The notes under the pieces: model-generated
Told to the model about the DNA's origin: nothing
Database searches by the model: none
Seen by the model: the letters and a program-made list of their open reading frames with translations, nothing else
Source: Dimargaris cristalligena
Lineage: Eukaryota
Direction of reading: 5' to 3'
DNA length: 26,106 nucleotides
NCBI GenBank assembly: GCA_003614675.1
Contig: ML002214.1
Location: forward strand, 62,001-88,106
Shown here: positions 20,471 to 26,106 of the stretch, piece by piece
Numbering within the stretch: position 1 is the first letter of the stretch
Layout: the number at the start of each line of letters is the position of its first letter
Position numbers and translations under genes: made by a program

Positions 20471-23400
20471 AGCCCAATGGGGTAATAAAATACCCAATTT
20501 CCAAAGCCCTAACCACCTATGCCTTTTCTATTTCTAGATTCGCAATTCCACCCGACAGGATTTAACTGGCAAGTAAAATCGTCTCTAACCCTGGCATAGA
20601 TTATTTAAAATAAAATAAAAAGTACTAGGGGCCCCCCATTCAGGGGAAGGGAACGGCAAGGTACCAAAGGGGGGAATAGCGGTAATCAGTGTCAGGGTCA
20701 GAGGCCATTCAGAATGGGCATTAGCCCAGACAACAAGGTTGGGGAACCTAAAAGCCCCCAGCGAGATCGTAATAATGGCTCGACTGATTCGACCAGCGTA
20801 CCCCTCGCCTCCACCTTTATCCATTATCCCCCATTATCGATGGTCAGATAAAGCTATTATTGAATGGGGGGGGGGTGAACCTAGTAGAGGTGTGGTTGAT
20901 ACAGTTTTACAGGAGAAGAAGAGACCTTGGGTAACCTACCTATATGCCACTAGTATTGCAGCCGACGAGGATGGCAAATTACGCGAGGATGAATAAGCGA
21001 CTGCAGGTTGAACCGATAAGCTAAAGTCGGAGGAAACGGCGGGGCTGTAGCCAGTTGACACTCTTCTACTCTGTGCCTTGGCGACTCTTCGTCAAATGGA
21101 CACGGGTGCGGGAGAGGGAAGAAAAGTGGTGCGTCTCACGGAGGCAGGGACGACGAGGATTAAACTAAGCAAAGAGGGAGAGGAGAAACGACGATGTAGC
21201 CAATTGAATAACACGCTCAACGTTCAGAGAAGCCTCGCCCTAGTTCGCCGCATATATAGTGGGGAGTCTAATAGGCGCATTGAGGCAAGCGGAGGTGGTA
21301 GTTGGTTGAGTACATGCGGTCCATCATCCTTTCATATGCGACCCCATTGCAGGAGAGAATAGCGATAACTAAGGCCAATCAGCCCATAAATGTAACAACA
21401 GACAGCTTGACTGAGTCGGGAAAGCATTGGCCCTCCCATGTTGCTCCAGGCCCAGACTGTCGGGTACACGTGACATGTTTAATAGTATGAGCTTTTATCA
21501 AAACCATCAGTCGGGCCATATTCCATCGCTGCTTACTGGCCGTGTTTCTCGATGCCAAGACCAAAACCATGACCTGATCAAACGATTGGCCGGAATTTAT
21601 TCCATAGAAGACATCCACCACCACCCCTTGACAAGGGAAGGGCCCCAAGATAATAGTAGTGCAATTAGTTAATTAGCGGCGGGTGCTTGAAACCACCACT
21701 ACATTGGTGTTACCCCCTCCCCCCCACTGGCCACCCCACACCACCCACAAGTCACCCAAGACTCGGCTGAAGTACCCTAATGACACTCCAATGTCGTAAT
21801 GCATCCTCCTACCCCCACATACGTACCCTTAATTCCCTCACCATTATCACGTCGACAAGTCCAGCAAATGATGCAGCTGTCAATTGTAATTGTAATTGTG
21901 CTTGACTGAGACACTGTCTATGATTCAGTGGCACAGTATCTTCTAGTGAGCTTACTCTATACCTGCGGGGGGGAGGTGATTTGTAGCACCTAAACCCCCG
22001 TCATATATAGAGGGGAATCTGGTGATAATAATAGTCCGACATTGGACCGGCGATTATCGATCCTAGACTAGAAAATGCCCTCATTTGCTCAAACCCAGTA
22101 TATTGTTCAATTCGACAAATCCCAGAGTGCAGCCCACCGATCTTGCGAACCACTGTGGGGTGGCGGTGGTGGTTGGGTTACCAAAACACCGGCTATCGAT
22201 GCCATTATAAGAGGGAGAACGGGGGATATCGCCCATGAATTGTCGTCGTGTTCACAGAATGCCATTCGATTGCCGTTGGCCAACATAGTGAATGAATGGA
22301 TCACCTCCCCCCCCTAACACTCTGAAACATGCCACTTGGGAAATCAGCCTACTGTTCGATTCAATAGTATTTTTCTCTGAACCCATCCCTCAGTTGTTGT
22401 TGGCCACATCACTCTCCCTTCTGTTCCCACCCATCTCTGGGCAATTAGCCACAATCCCAATCCCAAAACCACTCATTTACCCATCAGTAGTTCACAATTC
22501 CCCACAAGGCAACCCCTGTTTGATTGCTCGCTATACCTTGCCAGAATTAATCATGTAAATTAGATAAGGGGGTCCTTGTTCTGCTAAATTACCAGGTGCA
22601 CCCAAGCTACTTGGTCTGAGCGGGTCGCAGGCTGTAATTGTCATACAAAATACCCCGTAATGTACCTATCCCCGAGAATAAATCCCAGGCGCCTCGTCCA
22701 ATCGTTCAGCAAATAGTATTTGATAATTAAGGTTCCATACACCGCTATCCTGGTGGGGGATGGTTAATAGGGTGTCGTTTCTCCTCTGATTATTCCGGCT
22801 ATTGCCATACCCCTTCGTTGCATACCCTGCAAAATCGATTGACCCACGCCCTCAATGAAATGTGCTCTTTATAGGCGGGCTAACGACTATTCAGCTGAAA
22901 TAGTGTTACCAAAGTGACATTTATCACCCCGTCATCCGCGCTCGGTGATAGCCCTTCAGCTTCGAGCGGGTAGAAAACCCTTTAGATCCAGAATGACATC
23001 GATACTCCACTAATAACAGTTATTGGATATTACTAGGATACTCCTATGCAGCCACTAATGGTTTCGGGGTGTCTTGGCATCCAGCATCCGGGTAGATAAT
23101 GTGTCCTGGGATGCCTGTGGCTTAGCAGCATGTGTGCATAGGACGGCGATACGGTTCGTGTAAAGGGGTGGTTGGGTAGGTAGAGGTATACTCTACAAAC
23201 CTAATAATGCGCTTCTCTTTAAATAATCTCAGCCATTCATTCATAGGATTGGCAGCCATTGGCGAACAAGTGCCCTCAGCAGCCGTGCCGTTCGGCTGAC
23301 CAGAGGTATTCTAAAATAGGTTCCCCGTGATGGCCGCCTGCGCTCGGAAATAGAGTCACCGGGCGTATCGCCCGTTACACCAATGGCAAGCAGAGTAAAT

Positions 23401-24147
23401 ATGGGTTCCTTTAATGATCATTAGAATTATTCTACATTATCTCATAATAAACCGCTAGGCACTGGTCCTGCACCAGCCTGGCTAGCCCAGGCAAGATACA
23501 AGGTCAAAATTGTGCGGGCGGGATTGAAATCGACTTATTTTCCAATGAACTCTCCTTCAATAACCCCTATTCTATTCACATCTACAAATTTTAATATGGG
23601 AGAAGTTCATTCAGGCTGTATAGTGAAAAATCCATTGGATGAGACCAATATTACTGGTTAAAAGCTATTCTCACATATATTCGCCCATACACGTATTATG
23701 TAAAACCTTATACAGCTGGTTTGAATTTCACCCATATCACTACTTGTTATTGGAGATTTCGTTGATCAAATATCTAGTACATAAAGGCTTCATAATTGAC
23801 CTATCTTGATTAGGCGCCCCTCCAATTCACAGAAGGTTATTAATTATTGGTACCTATCACCAACCACCCTGGAGTGTGTTCGCCCATCGATATAGCCCCG
23901 CCAAGCTCATTCAAGAAGTATTGTCAGAGTGACCTCTAATTTCTAGCTACATTCTTAATGCTGCATGCCAAAAGGACGTTGAGCCCTTCACATAGTCCTA
24001 CACTCATTCGTAACCCACATTGCCTTTTTAATTGAACATTCCCCATTTCCCATCTTTTCTATTCAGTGTCTCTTCGTCGGAATTATAGTGTGTGCCTTCG
24101 TTTCCTTCGTCTTATACCCCTCTGCACCACCCCCATAGGCTGCGACC

Positions 24148-26106
24148 ATGCCATCACGGGAAGACCGGCTGGCCCAAGTATCGTACGAAGCCTACAGCGA
24201 AATGGCCGAAGAGGAGGAGGACCCCCCCATGGGCTCGCCGACGCACCCTGCTCAGCCACTACCCCCTTCCACACCCGCACCGGCTCGACCACCACCACCA
24301 CCCCTCACTGGAGGAGCCGCCAGCTCCATGCTTTCGCCCAGTATCCATTTTGCACCTACCCTGGCCACCCAGGGTGGCGGACCCCGGAGCCTACCAGCGG
24401 GCTTTTCGGCCCCACCCACAGCGCATCGTTCAAGCGACTCGTCTGAGTCACCCACCTCGCTGATGATTGAATTAGACGCCATTTCCGAGTCAGCCTTGGC
24501 GGGCATGCACCACCACTACCGCTCCAGCGACCCTATGATGCCGGCGCCCTTCACCCGGACCCCTTCCTCGCCCCCTCAGTCAGCCGGTACCCGACCCCCT
24601 CCACCTGGTCCACCTGCTCGCCGCCCCACCGTGACCACCGGTCTAGGACTAACATCCATGTCACCACCAGCTGGTCCGGATAATGGCCAACACAATAATT
24701 CTAGTGGCGGCGGGACGGCCCGCTGGTATCAGCCCACCTCGGCCACCTATGACCCTCGGCGAATGGCGATAACGACTCCGCAGCGTTCGGAGGCAGCTGG
24801 TCCTAATGGTCACTTGGCGGTTCCCTATCCAGGTGCGGATCGGTATCCCCCGACGGGCTTGGCCAATATCGATGAGACTGAGGATCAGGAAAGTGGGCCC
24901 AACTGGGAACCTTTTGCCTCCCCTTCCCAGCGGGCCCCCATTCTACCTCGCTGGTTAAGCGGTGGGGGCAGTAGTGGTGGTGGTAGCGGTGGTAATGACG
25001 GCCCCCCTACCGATACCAGTCCCCGTCGGAATCGGTCATCCACCCGTCGCCTATCCACCGTCAATACCATTCCCCTGCGCGAGCGCGTGCTCTTGCAATG
25101 GCGGGACTATGCTAACCAGGACGAGTTTTTCGACAAAGTGTACCATTATTTTGCCGGCAAGGGGGTCTGGAGTATTTTCCTCTCCCGGCTGTTAAACCTG
25201 CTAATCCTCGGGTTTGTCGTATCGTTCACCGTGTTCCTGTTCGGCTGTGTCGATCACACCAAGATTCGGTCAGCCAAGTCCCTGGCAGCCGTCATCGTAC
25301 CTCATTGTTTAACCAGGTAAGCTCATCTAGCTTTTAGGCTTTGTAGTCGCAAGTTTGTCATAGCGGGCTGTCCGATCGTCGATTAATTTGATAGCTATCA
25401 AAGCCCCCTTTTACTTGGGTCCGATGGCCAGTCTATTATCCTTTACATTAACCAGGGATGAAATCTCAGCCCCTTAGCTAAACGACAATACCTTTGAATT
25501 TTATATTCCCATCTATCATTATGTTCCACTGTAGCTTCACTTGGCTCTCCCAGCTGGCTCTGCTTCTCTTCGTGGCCTTTTACGCCCTCCAACTCTACCA
25601 GTTGATAGTCGACTTGCGTCGGCTGATGGAAATGCGCTATTTTTACGCCGAGGTCCTCGGCATATCCAATAGCCAGCTACAGACCTGTACCTGGAACGAA
25701 GTGGTCCAAATGATGATTGAGCTCCGGGATCAGGACCTGTCCGCCATGAAGGCCCAGGCCGAGACCACCCTGTATTCGCCCGCGGCCCAGGCCGCGCACT
25801 CCCGACGCCTCAAGAACCTACGGCTCAACGCCCATGATATTACCAACCGGATTATGCGCAAGGATAATTATATGATTGCGCTGTTCAACAAGGACTTGGT
25901 GGACATCTCCCTACCCCTCTCCCCCTGGTTGCCCTTTGCCCACTGGTTCGGAACCCCCTCGGGGCCCGCTGAACCACCGGGCACCCGTTCCCTTCGACCC
26001 GAATACAACAGTCTGTCGAAAACGCTGGAGTGGAATCTCGCCTTCTGTCTAGTGGGCCCGGTGTTCGACGCCAACGGCCAGGTGAACCGCAAAGTCTTGC
26101 GCGACG
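24148..26106 (+). CDS. ATG9: Autophagy protein Atg9 (lipid scramblase), 3'-truncated by the window; exons 24148-25316 and 25535 to window end
   Basis: After a long Pro/Ser/Gly-rich N-terminus: NQDEFFDKVYHYFAGKG...LNLLILGFVVSFTVFLFGCVDH. Phase-2 intron 25317-25534 (GTAAGC...TAG). Exon 2 reads FYAEVLGI...LQTCTWNEVV...RLNAHDITNRIMRKDNYMIALFNKD...LSKTLEWNLAFC, conserved Atg9 motifs. Confidence 0.96.

Noticed and set aside
20285..20565. Poly-Leu and poly-Ile ORFs that look like membrane peptides
   Set aside because: Translations of the (AAT)n microsatellite.
21967..22313. MITE bounded by a 14-nt inverted repeat
   Set aside because: The repeat is half homopolymer, does not extend inward and has no target-site duplication.
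25387..25402. Perfect 16-nt palindrome TTTGATAGCTATCAAA in the ATG9 intron
   Set aside because: Single, AT-rich, and plausibly chance in 26 kb.
25450..25475. TPP-riboswitch-like GGGGCTGAGA on the minus strand of the ATG9 intron
   Set aside because: Antisense to the gene and lacks the ACCTGAT and downstream core.
1..26106. Selenocysteine recoding or TGA-CTA readthrough to a peroxisomal signal
   Set aside because: No in-frame TGA inside conserved domains and no TGA CTA context at any annotated stop.

Overview
Gene-dense eukaryotic DNA with short GT-AG (GTAAG) introns, most likely from an early-diverging fungus (Dimargaris-like Zoopagomycota is a guess from gene style, not demonstrated). I can support nine genes: a spliced FG-GAP-type beta-propeller resembling BBS7/ITFG2 (2350-4185 +), a small secreted polyacidic protein (5208-5531 +), a single-RRM U2B''/U1A-family protein (6559-7384 +), ribosomal protein uL23/RPL25 (7902-8869 +), a stand-alone Rib2-type riboflavin-pathway deaminase (10354-10848 -), VTA1 (11434-12621 -), ARFRP1/yeast-Arl3 GTPase (13203-14384 +), intronless HMG-CoA reductase (15184-18861 -) and the 5' part of ATG9 (24148 to window end, +). 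Exon boundaries were worked out by hand and restore continuous reading frames. I found no tRNA, rRNA, CRISPR array or intact transposon, and no clearly new multi-gene system. The best leads are the BBS7/ITFG2-like propeller, the possibly truncated secreted acidic peptide, hairpins in the RPL25 intron, a CpG-depleted decayed ORF near 1.0-1.9 kb, and a uORF and possible distal promoter upstream of HMG-CoA reductase. Family assignments rest on motifs recalled from memory, not on database searches.
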